Below, piece after piece: positions 28,010 to 43,640 of a DNA stretch of 64,000 nucleotides. The notes under the pieces are model-generated. The model did no database searches and was not told where the DNA came from. It saw nothing but the letters and a program-made list of their open reading frames with translations. Every line of letters begins with the position of its first letter. Position 1 is the first letter of the stretch. The stretch lies in the NCBI RefSeq assembly GCF_009914755.1, contig NC_060935.1; one strand, written 5' to 3'. The translations under genes were made by a program, and so were the position numbers. The DNA comes from the human T2T-CHM13v2.0 reference genome, Homo sapiens.

Positions 28010-28240
28010 CAACAAACATTAGCTAAGCACAGACTGGCTAGTGTTTTCATTAACAATATTTTATTTAATCCCCATAATAATGCCATCATGTGTATGTCCT
28101 TATTACTGTTTTATAGATGAGAAAGTTTAAGATCAAAGTAGTTAAGTAGCTTGCACAAGTCCACACAGCTAGTAAGAGGGCATACCTGAGATTCAAACTC
28201 AGGTCTCACTCTAAGCAAATTGTTCTTTTCATTTCAACAT
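28010..28240 (-). mobile_element. MIR
   Basis: TTATTTAATCCCCATAATAA...TTTTATAGATGAGAAAG...GTTAAGTAGCTTGCACAAGTCCACACAGCTAGTAAG...GATTCAAACTCAGGTCT. Confidence 0.8.
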
Positions 28241-28367
28241 GCTCCTTGTCAAGATGTTTGCTCTCGCTGGAGAAGGAATGGGATGGAGATCTCCTTACCA
28301 TCCACTAGAGGAACAGAGTTTTTTTTTGTTGTCGCTATCATACCCGTTAATTATGATGTAGCAATAG

Positions 28368-28709
<342 letters not shown>

Positions 28710-28782
28710 TTGAACATCATGTCTATACATGTTCTATATTCAGCATATTTGCTTATATTTTCCAAAGTCATGAATTTTAGAT

Positions 28783-29160
28783 TTTTTTATTTCTTTTTTC
28801 TTCCTCTCTTTCTCTCTTCCTTCCTCCTTCCCTTCCTCCGTTCCTCCCCCCCCCCCCTTTCTTTTGAGACAGGGTTCTCTCTCTGTTGCCAGGGCTGGAG
28901 TACAGTGGCACAATCACAGCTCACTGCAGCCTTGACCTCCTGGGCACAAGTAATCCCTCTCACCTCAGCCTCCTGATAACTGGGACCACAGGCACATGCC
29001 ACCACACCCAGCTAGATTTTTTTTTTTTTCAAATCTTTGTAGCAACAGGGGGATCTCCCTGTGTTGCCCAGACTGGTCTCAAACTCCTGAGCTCAAATGA
29101 TCCTCCCGCCTCAGCCTCCCAAAGTGCTAGGATTATAAGCATAAGCCACCACACCCAGCC
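28783..29160 (-). mobile_element. AluJ with CT-rich degenerate tail
   Basis: ACAGGGTTCTCTCTCTGTTGCC, CACAGCTCACTGCAGCCTTGACCTCCTGGGC, CTCCTGAGCTCAAATGATCCTCCCGCC are J-type; low-complexity tail ~28783-28861. Confidence 0.9.
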
Positions 29161-29611
29161 CATTTCTTTTATTATTACTTTATGTTTCAGAGCAGTCTTA
29201 GGTTTACTGCAAAATTGTGAAGAAATTACAGAGTTCCACATACTCCCAACTTTGCATTTTTACATGACTGTTTTTCTCTATTTCTATAACCTAATAAGCA
29301 TGCTTTTCCTACCTTCCTACTGAACTTTTTACTAATATATTATCTAATTGAAATGAGCATACCCAGTACATTTACTAGAATTAGATGTGGGACTCAGAAA
29401 TAAATCTGCAGGTTTGTTTTGGACCAACTATGGAAAAGCTACCTCAAATATGTGGAGGCCAAAAGTTTGCATTTGCACTCTACTGAACAGGGAGAGATTA
29501 TGCACTCAGTTCTGTCCTTTGAGGATGGTACTCCCGGGCAGCACTACATCTCTTGTCACTGGGTCAGGCCAAGCAAAGCCCTAAAAAGCAACATTAGAAA
29601 AAAACACATAA

Positions 29612-29893
29612 AGCCGGGCACGGCGGCTCACGCCTGTAATCCCAGCACTTTGGGATGCTGAGGTGGACAGATCACGAGGTCAGGAGTTCGAGACCAGCCT
29701 GACCATCATGGTGAAACCCTGTCTCTACTAAAAACGTAAAAATTAGTGGGCGTGGTGGCACATACCTGTAATCCCAGCTACTCAGGAGGCTGAGGCAGGA
29801 GAATCACTTGAACCCAGGAGGCAGAAGTTTCAGTGAGCCGAGATCATGCCACTGCACTCCAGCCTGGGTGACAGAGCGAGACTCCATCTCAAA

Positions 29894-29924
<31 letters not shown>

Positions 29925-29929
29925 AAATA
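29612..29929 (+). mobile_element. AluSg-like with (TAAA)n tail
   Basis: GATCACGAGGTCAGGAGTTCGAGACCAGCCTGACC; tail AAAT repeats. Confidence 0.95.
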
Positions 29930-30037
29930 ATGCATGAACAATGGTAAAGGTGGTGATTTCAACCCTTTATAATTCAGAGCCTATGGATTATTCAAATTCC
30001 AAATGGAATGCAAGCAACTCTGAATATAGTCATTTTA

Positions 30038-30340
30038 CTTTTTTTTTTTTTTTTTGAGATGAGTCTCACTCTGTTTCCCAGGCTGGAGTGCGGTGGCGCT
30101 GTCTGGGCTCACTGCTAGCTCCGCCTCCCAGGTTCACGCCATTCTCCTGCCTCAGCCTCTCGAGGAGCTGGGACTACAGGCGCCCACCGCCACACCTGTC
30201 TAATTTTTTGTATTCTTAGTAGAGACGGGGTTTCACCGTGTTAGCCAGGATGTTCTCGACCTCCTGACCTCGTGATCCAAAAGTGAGACCTCGGCCTCCC
30301 AAAGTGCTGGGATTACAGGCGTGAGCCACTGCGCCCAGCC
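30038..30340 (-). mobile_element. AluY-like
   Basis: GGTTCACGCCATTCTCC, TTCACCGTGTTAGCCAGGATG, CCTCGTGATCC. Confidence 0.95.
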
Positions 30341-31009
30341 CAAAAAATGTTTTTTAAATTTGTCTAGGATTCGCTCTTGGGCACTAAGTCATTTGGGGAG
30401 GGTTTGTGATTTTTCTCCCTCTCAGAAGAACTATCATAGGAAGAAATGAAGAAACTTAAGAGTTCCTTCCTCATACTGTTTAGATTTTATTCATCCAATT
30501 GGCACCCAAAATCCACTACATAAAGACTTTGAGTGCTCTGATTTAAAGAAATCTATGAGATGTATGAGTGAGAAATGGTCCACCGAGGCTGAGCTGCTCT
30601 CAGTGGAGCTCCTTATCGTAGTGACAAAACTCAGGACAAAACTCCATCTGTGTTACAACCACCTCAGGGACTTTTGGTTACACACAGTTGTCAGAAATAA
30701 CAGGACTTTGGTGGAACTGCCTTTCTAGAAAAGGAGCAGTGAAGTGTTAAAACCAGTCTGCTTTCTCTCAGTTGCACAGCTGTGGGCTGACCAGGTGTCA
30801 CACTGTAGGTTTTTCTCTCTTTATAGCCTGTTTCCAATATGTTTTCACAGGTGCTAGCATAGGAGGGCAGTGTTTTCCAGGGAGGCTCGACCATGTTCAT
30901 GGAGGCTGAGCGCTGGGTCTTCCACAGAAAACAACTGCTCTCAAGGAAATTACTCATGACTGGAGGATTGTTCATGCCTGTTACCCAGCCTTGTCCACAC
31001 ACATTGCTA

Positions 31010-31500
31010 CTAGTTTGGGGTCTAGATGAACATGTGGGCCGCAGACTGGCATCACCTGGGAACTTGCAAGAAATGCTGACTCTCAGCCTCTCCCCCAGAC
31101 CTGCTGAATGAGAAGCTGATTAAGCAAGATTCTCAGGTGATTTGCATGTTACTGCTCAGTGTTCCTCAAATTTGAATGTGCATATGGAGTCCAGACTTGG
31201 GCTTTAGAACCTTGTGTATGCATCACCTCTTTTGGTCCCTCCAGTCTTCTGGTCTTTGTTTTTATACATTTTTCTCAGCCTTGATAGCCTGCATCTATTT
31301 TACCTTGTGCCACAATCCAGATGAGGCACAGTTTAATGTAATATGTATAGCATCAATGCGTGGTGCACAGATCCACAGCATAGGTACCAACAGAAAGCAC
31401 CTTTCAAATACAGACTCCCAGCCCCTCCCCAGACCTACTGGGTCAGAATCTGCATTTTAACGAGACCTAGGATTTATTTACACCTTACAGTTTGAGGACC
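31010..31500. mobile_element. Two MER5-family relics (~31010-31160 and ~31370-31500)
   Basis: GGCATCACCTGGGAACTTG...CCCCAGACCTGCTGAATGAG and CCCCAGACCTACTGGGTCAGAATCTGCATTTTAAC. Confidence 0.6.
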
Positions 31501-31711
31501 CCAAGTGTATAGAACCCACAAATTCTCCCATTCTGATAGACAGCATAGTTTACTTTCTTACTTTAATAAGCTGCATCACATACCTGCACACTAGAGGAAA
31601 TTATACAGCAATAAAGCATAATTAGGTTTTGCTCCTAAATGAATTAAATATTAGCTTTTACAAATTGCCTATCAAATCACAGGAGAATCAAAGTACTTTT
31701 TTGAGTCCCTA

Positions 31712-32300
<589 letters not shown>

Positions 32301-32973
32301 AGTGTATCTCATAGAGAGAAGCTTTTTACACAGAGGCTACCATATGCACAAATATCACAAGCACAGTATGATTTGGTAAATGATACTGAATTCAAAGACA
32401 CAAGTTTCACTCATTTTAAAATTGTGACTCAAACAAATGTGAATAGTGCCTAGAGGCTTCCTTGCTACTGAACTGTGGTCCATTTTTTGAACATTCCTGG
32501 TGCCCTGAGTAATGTACCTTTAACCTTATTTGAAATTCCCAGTATCTTCAGTGGGTGTCTGAGGGGTCTTTCTTACCTCTGTGAATCAAGTTGTCTCTGC
32601 ACATTCATTTGGATACTTTCTCCCCATCTTTTTTAGAAGCTAAGTGTGATAGCTAAATGAGATAACATATCAAATGTGGCACATAGCAGATGATTAATAA
32701 AAGCCACTGTTATTCCAGATTGCTGGTTTTCTCAGACTTTCAAATTAACTCATTACCTAGATGCCAAAAGAAATATATTTGGTATTTTCTTGACACTTAG
32801 TAGGTATTCTAGAAATATTTTATTTTAAACAGATGAATGAATAAACAAAAGAATTGAGGTATAAACGTAGCTTCACTTAAGGAATCACTGCTGATCCTAT
32901 CCCAGGTTGTCTTGGAAGTAAATGCTTGAACTCCCAGCATCATTTATCCAAAGTGAGTAAGAAGTTTTAAACA

Positions 32974-33290
<317 letters not shown>

Positions 33291-35649
33291 CTATTACTGT
33301 TCTTCTCCTCTGCTCTGATATTTTTCACTCCAGTCTATGGACTAAGCACTCCAGAAGAGGTGTCTGCTTCTGACTCCAGCACTGTGCATACTGATTCATT
33401 CGGCTGGCATTTGGCCTGGCCTTCATGTGGCAGAGGTATCTTTGGCCTATGGTTAAATGGAGTTGTCCCTCTGATGTTTCTGACTTGGCAATGAAATCTC
33501 AGTAACCAGAATCATCACTACAGCACCCTGCTATTTAATCTTTGCTGGAAAGTGATGAAAACAGACCTCACTTGTATGAGAACTCTTAGGTTTAGTGAAA
33601 GCAATGTGAGAAGTCGCCAAGTTTGTGCTTTGAAACAAGCACATGTTTGAAACCTTAGGTTTCTTTTTCTTAAGCTTTCCCAAGTTGGAAGCTTATAACA
33701 CAGACATGAAAGTCTGATTTAAGCAGTTCCTATAACCTTTCTAATTTCAGATTTTAAAACTGCTTTTGCTTGAATAGAAAATGGAAAGCCAACACATCTC
33801 TCTCTACCCCCATCCTTCCCTGAATAACCTAGATACTTAAGCAATCCTTCCCTTCCCTGGGGCTGTGACTGTAGAGTATTATTTTATTGACTCATAATTA
33901 AGAACTTCTGATGAGAAAACCAGTCAACAGAGAAAAATGGCTTGGGGGTCCCACAAGCAAAGAGAAAGCCTGTATGTCCCTATTATGGCAAGTACAACAG
34001 GCAGGAATGAGGAGATCTTACAAAAGAAAATCTTTTTGAAAACGTTAAGTCCTTTAAAAAATGAACTTTATGTCCTTTTTGAGGAAGTCAGTTTTTTTTT
34101 TTCCTTTCCCATAATGTAATGAAAACGTGAGTGGTAGTTTGAACTGCTGTAAGATTCAGGGAGTGTATGAGAGAGTGAAATTGTGTGTGGGAGGGGACTG
34201 ACAATGGAAAGTTGGTGGTGAACACAGAGTGTGGGCAGAAGGAAAAAAGCACATGTGAAACATCTCTGAAAGGAAGTGTCACAGGAAAAACTTTTGAGGC
34301 AGCATTCTATGGGGCTGGTCAGAGCACCACCAAAGCTGCTGTGCATTTGTTCAACATTAAAAAAAAAATTCTGCTAAACAAATAAGCAAAAGATTTCAAA
34401 TGTCCAAAGAGCCACTGAGGAGAAACCATTACTCTTTTAACTGAACAAATATTCCTGGAATTCAGTCACATCTTATTAGTAAAGAGAAGCTTCTAGCTCA
34501 ATGCTAGAAACTGTTTTTTTTTTTTTTCTATATCTGGTTCCACTCATGGAAATGACCACCTCTGCACCCATTATTCACCGGCCATATCTAGTTTAATACA
34601 AGAGGTGATTTGCCTCTTGGTGCCTTGAGGTGTGATTTGATGAGAGTTTGGTAATGCATATAAAATGGATTTCCATTATCCAATTATAGCCAATAGGACC
34701 TAATCTGACTTCTCTGAACAATTTTTTAAACAAGTAGCCATTTTGTATGGCACAAGTTTCGTGCTTATAATTTACTTCCTAGGAAATCTTTATGTATTAA
34801 TGTAGTGTTTTTACATACCAATAGTTACTCCTAGAAGAGAATAGACTTTTAAGACTCATTTAAAGTGGATGCTTTGAATTCTCCATTTGAAATACCTGAA
34901 ATAAGCTTAAACACTATTGCGGGATAGACTAGAAAGAAAAGTAGTCTCTTACCACTATGACTAATTTCAGGTAACTGAAAATCTACAGCTTTGAAACTGC
35001 AGCACTACTAGTTAATTTGCAACAGCAAATCTGTTTTTCTTCTGACAGATTTACTCATTCATGTCATGTTTCATTATATTCATTCTGTGGACATACAACA
35101 TAAGCTATTAGAATGTGAAATCTACTTGCTACTTTGTTTGTTGGGCATTTTGTTTTGGTTGTTTAGATCTGATTGTAGGTGTCCTTGCTGAAATATTCAG
35201 GAACATCTGTGGGAAGCTAATTCTTCATTCAGAAAAGAATCCATCACAAGAGGAAATAGCTTTAAAAACTGGAACTGGGATACTTATATTTTTATTCAGT
35301 TGGCTTAATTTATTATTCTAAAATATTGAAGAGGACTAAAAGAATTTTTCTTCTAAAGTTCAGAGCCAAAGAATCTAGGATTGTATATGGCTGAAGTTAA
35401 AAGTAGGTGTCACTAGATGACACAAAGATAAAAAAAATCTTAATTCCTATTTTTTTACTCCCTTTTTCAAGGAATGATTTCACACTGAAAATTTGTTAAG
35501 AGGAAACTTTAAAAGCCAACATGGATGAAGACATGTTAATAGAGCACTGAATTTTTAGTTTTAGTGATGAACATGGAGTCTGCAATATCCTAGTATATAA
35601 AATGTGGACATTTGATGTGAGGTGAGGTTTTTGGGGAGAGATTGATGGT

Positions 35650-35870
35650 GGATATACATGTGTTAGGCACTGATCCAGACTTCTTAGGCATTACCTCATT
35701 TAATCCACCCAACAGCCCTAGAAAGGAAGTACTGTTGCAGATGAGGGGATCTGTTCATGAGAAAGTTTAATGAACTTGTCCCAGGGAAGGTTAATGAGGG
35801 GAAGAATGAAATTTTGAAATCAAGGTTTACTGGCCCACAGAATCCATGATGTTACTAGCCACCTCTTTTA
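35650..35870 (-). mobile_element. MIR
   Basis: ATTACCTCATTTAATCCACCCAACAGCCCTA...GCAGATGAGG...AATGAACTTGTCCCAGG. Confidence 0.6.
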
Positions 35871-35989
35871 GATGGATTTGTAATGAGTTATACATCCATA
35901 TCTACAGCCAATCCATGAAAGAATGACAAACCACAGGTCACTTATGGTAAGGCAGGGAGCTGATGTCTCCCAGTCTTACAGAAGACTTT

Positions 35990-36600
35990 GTGTTGATGAC
36001 TTGGTGAAATTTATGAACGCATGCAGAATAAATTTATCAATTACCTGGAACTGGGGCCAATAAAAATATTTGAGGTAACAATCAGGATAGAAATGATCTC
36101 AACAAACTGAAACTATGAGCCAGCCCTAAAGAGATGACATTTAACGGGGATAAATGTAAATCCCTCTTCATGGACATAAAATATCAGTTGTACAAAATGA
36201 GCAGAATTGGAGAGAAGTGATCTAGCAGGGGGTCTCATGTGTAAAAACATTTAATGTAACTCAAGTTATCAAATTTTTACTGAGGGCCTATTGTGAAAGA
36301 GACAATGGGGTACAGGGAGTTTTAGCTGACAGTAATTTCAATACTAGTCAATCAATGTAGCTGCCAAAACAATTAATGTAATCTGAGGTTGCATTTATAA
36401 GGTTAGTCTTTCTCTAATCTCTTCTTGTCACACCATATTGGCAACATAGCATTCAGTTTTGTGTACCCCCTTTTAGAAGGAGGATTGCCAAACTGATACC
36501 TGTTCAGAGGAAATACCAGGCTATAGATGCAGAAAGAGTCTAAACTACTATTATGTAAGAAAGATGCAAAGAAGTGAGGATTTTTAGGTAGTAGAGGAGT
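35990..36600 (+). mobile_element. L3/CR1 LINE reverse-transcriptase 3' remnant
   Basis: Degraded CR1-like coding motifs: AATGATCTCAACAAACTGAAA, ATGACATTTAACGGGGATAAATGTAAA (cf. MKFNxDKCK), GCTGCCAAAACAATTAATGTAATCTGAGGTTGCATT (cf. AAKKANxILGCI), CATTCAGTTTTGTGTACCCC, CTGATACCTGTTCAGAGG. Confidence 0.7.
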
Positions 36601-36630
36601 CATCAAAGGGGAAGCATAAGAATGGAACTA

Positions 36631-36939
36631 GGCCGGGCGCAGTGGCTCACGACTGTAATCCCAGCACTTTGGGAGGCTGAAGCGGGTGGATCACAAGGTC
36701 AAGAGATTGAGACAATCCTGACCAACACGGTGAAACCCCATCTCTACTAAAAATACAAAAATTAGCTGGGTGTGGTGGCGCATGCCTGTAGTCCCAGCTA
36801 CTCAGGAGGCTGAGGCAGAAGAATCGCTTGAACTCGGGAGACAGAGCTTGCAAGTGAGCCGAGACCACACCACTGCACTCCAGCCTGGGCGACAGAGCGA
36901 GAATCCGTCTCAAAAAAATAACAATAAAAAAAAAAAAAA
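36631..36939 (+). mobile_element. AluSc-like (first of tandem pair)
   Basis: GGTCAAGAGATTGAGACAATCCTG; 5' TSD AAGAATGGAACTA. Confidence 0.95.
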
Positions 36940-36940
36940 G

Positions 36941-37281
<341 letters not shown>

Positions 37282-38534
37282 TCAGCTAACTGGATGTAGA
37301 CCCAAGTTCTTGTCTAGGACCAACACATGGAGTTGTAAGAGAAGAGACTCAGGAAATGGATCATCATGTGAGTTCTGTCAGTGACAGTGTTGAAATCCAG
37401 CTGGAAGGCCACTGGATTGGGCTGTTCTGGCAGGAATTCCCGCAATGAACGCTTTCCAACTGGGTAGTATACAAGGTATTTTCCCACAAATCCTAACTAT
37501 GTGAAGGTTACACGTCTGCAGTTTCCCATCTCATGGATAAGCAGAGTCTAAAGGAGGAAAGTAGAGGCTTTGAAGTCAAGTGAGGGTGAGCTTTCTGCAA
37601 AGCCGAGGGTCGAGGCTGGCTGGAAAACAGGGCTGGGAACCTGGGGCACTAAAACATGGTGGGTTGGATGGGCAGTTAGGGAATCATGTGGTTTCTGGGA
37701 AGAATGCGATTTGCTCTCACTTTTGAGAAAAGGTGCATGCAACACTTGCTAGCTCTCCAAGACCAAGTTCTTAGAATTCCCAGCTGTGATCCTTCATAAC
37801 AAGGAACGTCACTGTGACAGGTCTGTTTCCCTAAATTGTGTCCCAGGAAGAAGGAGCCCATCAGGTGCAGAATGCTAGGTCAGGAGTTAATATCACTGGG
37901 ACACAGATTTCTTAAATGTACAAAGACTTCCAAGGATGCTTCCAATCATAAGAATCTATGATTCTAAGAAAAATGGAGGTGATCTATGATGAGGAATTTT
38001 GATATTTTATAATCATGTCCCTGTCTTCCATCTTAAGTCTTGCTAGCACAGTCAAACTGTTTGAAGATAATTGTTTTCAAAAGATCAGGAAGAAATTTGT
38101 CTATATGCTAGCATTCCTTGGAATGACGCCTTCTAACTACTCTCAGTCTTCAAATTATCTGGAGGCAGAATAAGACTGCCTTCCAGTCTTATTAAGGGCA
38201 GGCCGGTTATCTATACTTAGGATGCCCTATCTTTGGGACATATGCCAGCATGAATGATCAACTGCAACTAGACATTGCCTAGTGACCGTGAATCATGGAG
38301 ATTTACCTGGTTTGCTTCATGCAAGCTATCTGACACTGCCTTTGTGTGCAGCAGAATTGAACTATTTTAAAATCAAAATTCTGGTGGAGCGTATGCCTTA
38401 AAATAATTTATTAGACTGTGAACTCTAGGAATCACATTGTGGGTGTACGATTAATACCCAAATAAGTGGTTCAGGAAACATTTTATTCATTCTCTGGCTC
38501 TTGCCATCTTCCACTGATTAAAGTATGGTGTTGG

Positions 38535-38834
38535 GGCCGGGTGCGGTGGCTCAGGCCTATAATCCCAGCACTTTGGGAGGCTGAGGCGGGCGGATCACAA
38601 GGTCAGGAGTTTGAGACCAGCCTGACCAATATGGTGAAACTCCATCTCTACTAAAAATACAAAAATTAGCTGGGCATAGTGGTGGGTGCCCCTGTAATCC
38701 CAGCTACTCAGGAGGCTGAGACAGGAGAATCATTTGAACCCGGGAGGCGGAGGTTGCAGTGAGTTGAGGTCATGCCATTGCACTCCAGCCTGGGTGACAG
38801 GGCGAGACTCCATTTCAACAACAACAAAAAAAAA
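38535..38834 (+). mobile_element. AluSg-like
   Basis: GGATCACAAGGTCAGGAGTTTGAGACCAGCCTGACC; short A/CAA tail. Confidence 0.95.
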
Positions 38835-41800
38835 TGTGTCTGGGGAATAGAAATTGTGTGGCATTGTGTTTCCACAGCTAGAAAGACACTATCAGTTTGA
38901 TCAGTTTGCAACTCTACTTGGCAGAACACTACGTTAAAGATATGCTGATAGATTTTAGTGAGCTATCCTATCTGTATAACATCTTTAGCTCCAGAAATAA
39001 GAAGACACAGTAATAAAACAGTGAATTCTGTGTGATTCAAGAAGACAAATTGTATTTTCTGGAACATATGCAAAGCAGCAATATATTTACCAATTTCAAA
39101 TGAAGTGCTCTCCCGTGTAACAAAAAAAAAGGAATTTTTTCTTTGAAGAGCAAGATGCTTTATTTTTCTTTAGTTTTTATCCTTTTTCTTATGAAATGCA
39201 AGAAACACATATTTGACTTATCCATTTACTTTAGCCAAACAGTCTCCTTATTTTTAAATGTCTGTGTATACTACTTTGACCTGCATCTTAAGAAACATAT
39301 CAAAAGTAGCTGACAAATTCTACCACCATATGGTTCATTTCTCTTTTCTTTGTTCCTTTTTACTTCTCACTGTAGCAGTGTCTGCAGAGGGGAGAGTGCC
39401 CAGAGTGGAGAGGATCCCAATCTCCTACTATCAAGATCCAAGCATCCTTTTTATGTCCTTCTTACTGTTTGTCTAAGTGGAACTCAATGAGACAAAGCAT
39501 AGGCCTATCCGTCAAATGGTAAACGATCTAGAACTGGCCTCAAAATAAGAAACAAAAAATTATAGTTGCAGAAATAAAAGAAAGGCCGAGACTCTAATAG
39601 CTGGCCAGGTGGTCAGTTCAATACATTCATGCAAACAAATGGTCAATTGAACTGGAGGCTGGGGTGGGCAGTCTGGGGAGTGGGAAGTGGTGATTAACTA
39701 GACAGGTCGGGCTATTCAATTAATGGGTCACTTCAGTCCCAGTGTCTGAACTGGCAATACTGTGTATACATAGTTGAAGCTTACATATGAATAAAGTAAA
39801 GGTGAGTGTTTAGAGAACTCTCCAGATAATTTGGAAAAGGAAGTAGCTAGGGGCTCAAATTTTGTAGAGTGACTCTCTCCTCTGTTTGAATCTGCTAGAT
39901 AATTTCCTGTTTCATTTTGTCTGAGCAAAAAACAAGCCTCCTTTATGCAAAACAGTTTACTGCAGGGAAAGAATAAATTTGTTGGATTAAATAATTTATT
40001 CTCTTTAGTTTACAACCTGAGTTGGATGAGATAAAATCTAGAAAATCTACAAGCAAAATAACCACATTTTGAAATGTTGCCTTCTTTTGTTCACAGGAGC
40101 TAAATGTGCCTCTTCTTTATTAGCCAAAGGCACAAGAACTAAATACAAAATTCCTTGGGGAAAAATGTTGCTATAGGGCTGAGTCCACTGGCTCCTTTCC
40201 CTTTCTTTATTCTCAGGAAGAAAAGACACCACCGAAGGGAAAGCATTAAAATCCTTCTGAGGTTCAATTCATGATCCCTCCCTGCCCCTCAACCTCTCCA
40301 GCTTCTCTGACATTTAAAGGAACACTGTCAAATAGGTGAGGCTTTATATTTAGAATGAAAGGCTTAAAAATTCTTAATGACAATAGATACCATTCTTTGA
40401 TACATATGCTTGGAAAACAGATTAAAAATATTCACATCTTGAACTTGTTTTTCTGACTGTGTCTATGAGGGCAAATGAAATTAGAAGAGCTAAGCATTTT
40501 GAACAGTATAGACATCTAAGTTATATAAACCAAGTCTTTCTACTTCACATTTTACCTCAGTCATAGGCTTTCTTTCTCCTATTGACTTGACCTCTGATAG
40601 AACCACAAGTCATCCTACTGAATATTCATGCATTCAAATTAAGAAGAAAAGAAAAGAAAAGAAAAACAGTGTCACTCTCTGCAAAGCCCTATGAATCTAC
40701 ACATTAAGCCACAGTGCTCTCCTAGATTTTACCCATGTTTACAGGAACACCTAAATTCACTGCTTGATAGTACTGGGGAGCTTCAGTGTGGGGTAAGAAT
40801 ATTTTCCCAAGAGCACCCAAAGGGGATAAGTGGCTGAAGGAGGAAAGCTCAGAGGAAGAACTTCCATCAAGAACCCAGGGATTGCAGAGTTCTTCATCCA
40901 TCCAGAAAAATACAGAGGAAGACAAATGTGATTCTTTCATCAGTTCAAAAACTCAGAAAACTAAATATAAATTCTCTGTGCCTTCTGGGTGTCTGTTTCA
41001 CCAAGAAAATATTGACTCAATCTCTGCTACGAAACATACAGGCAGAAAGCAGAAAAAGAGTGAGGCATGATATACTATGATCCAAAAGAAGCAAGGTGAA
41101 ACTTGCACCAGGTAACCAACTAGGACTTATACCTCCATAGAATGGACGACCTGTGTGCATATAATTGTAAAGTCTTTTAGACTTGGTCAAAAGGCAAGGG
41201 CCAGATCTGTTTACTTGCAAATGGGCTATTAGCAGTTTATCAGAAAATTATACTGTGACTACCAAACTACTATCCATGTAGCAAAAACGACATGTTCCAC
41301 CATTTTTTCCTCTCGTGCTGATTTACAGTAAGTCACAAAAGAGTTAATGTTCTCTCTCTCCCTTAATCCCTAAAGCAAGTAGGTTAATAGTACCAGTGGG
41401 TTGTGTTTATAGAATTGAAACACTGTTATTGTATATGTCAAGAGAATTAAACCTCTCTGATTATCTATACATTTTAAAATGTATCATTTCCTTGCATAGA
41501 TACATATCTGCAACAAAGATGAAGAAACTGAACATTTAAAAAAGTAAACTAACAATTACATTGTTAGAGAGTAAATGTAAGTAAAAGTGACTATTGTTAA
41601 TTAATGTTTTCTACACACATTATTAGTGAATGCATGCCTTTAAAAATCAAAATGGAGGATACAATGAGATCATTGTTCGTGTGTTTCCTTGCAGTGATCA
41701 GGAAGATAAATAGTTCATCCCAGTTGCTTCGGTGATTTTCATTTTAGGAAAGGTTTGTCATTTTCAGTCAGCTTCAGACAAGGACTCGGCTTAAAAAACC

Positions 41801-43074
41801 TTTTTCAAAGTGACCACTGTTTTGGGCTGCATGAACATAAAACCCCTCCTCTTGGGGAAATGCTATCTTGTTTTCCTGGATATCGACTTTCTGATGATCC
41901 GTGGATACAGAAAAGGAGACGTGTAAAAAAATCACATGCAGGGATTGACCATTGAAGTCAATCAGAAATAATGCAAATGCAAAGCTGTGTGTCTTGCCCA
42001 TTTAAGGGCAATACCAGGCTGGAGAATACCACAGTAGCTCTAGTGAATAACAGGGGATGCCCCCTCCCCATGCTGGTAGCAGGAGGTTCACTCCTTAGGT
42101 CTGTATTACTTCTCGGCTGCCCCTTAAACCCTAAACAAGAAATCACTTCTGTCTGTAATGTCTAGGGTAAATAAGGCTAAGCAAAATTATAAATTAAATG
42201 TATTTTATTCTCTATCTTTTCAGCCTGCTTAGAATTCATAGTCTTTTCTGTTTCAAACCATTCTTTTTTTGTTCTCCCCACCTATACCTTCTATAGTCCA
42301 ATGGTTCTCCCCCAACCACCCTCGGCTTTTTTTTTTTTTTTTCAATAGGAGCCAATACATCTCTATGTGAATTTAAATCACGTGTTATTATTGTGGTCCT
42401 TATATTTGAGGCCTTTTCTATAAATGTGGAATGTTAAGCATCAGGAAGCAAATGGCAGTAGGTATTTGAGGGCAGGAGTTTACTCTGTGCCTGTAAAAAT
42501 CACTCCAAGAAAAGGCAGAGATGGGTGGCCTGCCCAGGTCACTAAGGTCTGGGAGGCCAAAGCTACTCCTGTACAAATGCTGCATGTGGTGTGGTAAAGA
42601 CCTGAATTGCTGCCCCACTTACTCAGAGTCACCATTGCTTTCTCCAGAATAGATAATGAAAACCAAAGAAGATTTATGTCCAGAGACACATTAGCAATAG
42701 TCTATAGACCAAGAAGCCCCTTGCTCCTCCTTCGACATAACTAATTTTGAGTAATAGAAAATAAATCTGGGTCACTTTTTTGTAGCTGTAAATCCAGCCT
42801 TAGTAATCCTGACCTCCATTAACATAGCTAGTATTTCAAATTCCACTGTAACAGTTGCTCTGACTCTTTGGGGGCTGGGAGGCAATCCAAGTAGCCAGAG
42901 AAGCAATTGTTTCACATGCTTCAATCCTGCCACTCCAGAAAAAATATAAGGGGGACTAGGGCAAAAGAAAATCTCTTATTTGTTTTCCATTTCTCATTTC
43001 TCGTATCTTTATTGCTTCTCTCTCATCCTTAACCTGTATCTCCCTTCAGCTGATGCCTGATTACCTTCTACCAT

Positions 43075-43640
43075 GTTCAACATTATGATCAGTCACCTAC
43101 TATGTGCCAGGAAGTGTGCAGTGTGTGAGGATACCAGACCCTACCTACTGGGAGCTTACAGTCTAGCTCAACAGGCACATCATTAAATAAGCAATTGCAG
43201 CAATTATATTAAGTGCTGGGCCAAGGGAGGTACCAGAAGTCATAAGAATCCCTCCTCTGAGGGGATAGAAGTGAAGACTTCAGAGGGGAAGTAATGATTC
43301 TGGATGTGTAGGACTCAGCCAGGTGAAGTGTAAAAGTAAGGATGGAGGAGAGTGTTCTAAAAGAGGGAACAACATAATCAAAGTTCTGGACAGGAGAGAG
43401 ATTTGACATATTTGAGGAAGTGAAAATTTTATCTAGAAACTTGCAATGAGTAAGTAAACACCAGGTCAAGAGGAACTGAGAGATTGGCAGACAATGGAAA
43501 ACCATTGAAAAGGATTAAACTGGGAAGTGATATGTTCTCTTTTGCATTTAAAAAGATCACCAATGGGGATATGGAGAATGGTCTGGATAGGTCTTAAGAC
43601 TAGAGCCAGGAAGACATGTTAGAAGGCTATCAATTGACCC
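43075..43640 (-). mobile_element. L2 3' fragment
   Basis: CACCTACTATGTGCCAGG...GGGAGCTTACAGTCTAG...TTTGCATTTAAAAAGATCAC. Confidence 0.65.

Noticed and set aside
38169-38193. Isolated hairpin AATAAGACTG-5nt-CAGTCTTATT
   Set aside because: A single 10-bp-arm inverted repeat is about what chance gives in 64 kb.
40786-41070. 94-aa hydrophilic ORF (EESSEEELPS...)
   Set aside because: GTG start, A-rich composition explains the residues, no recognised homologue and no convincing splice sites.
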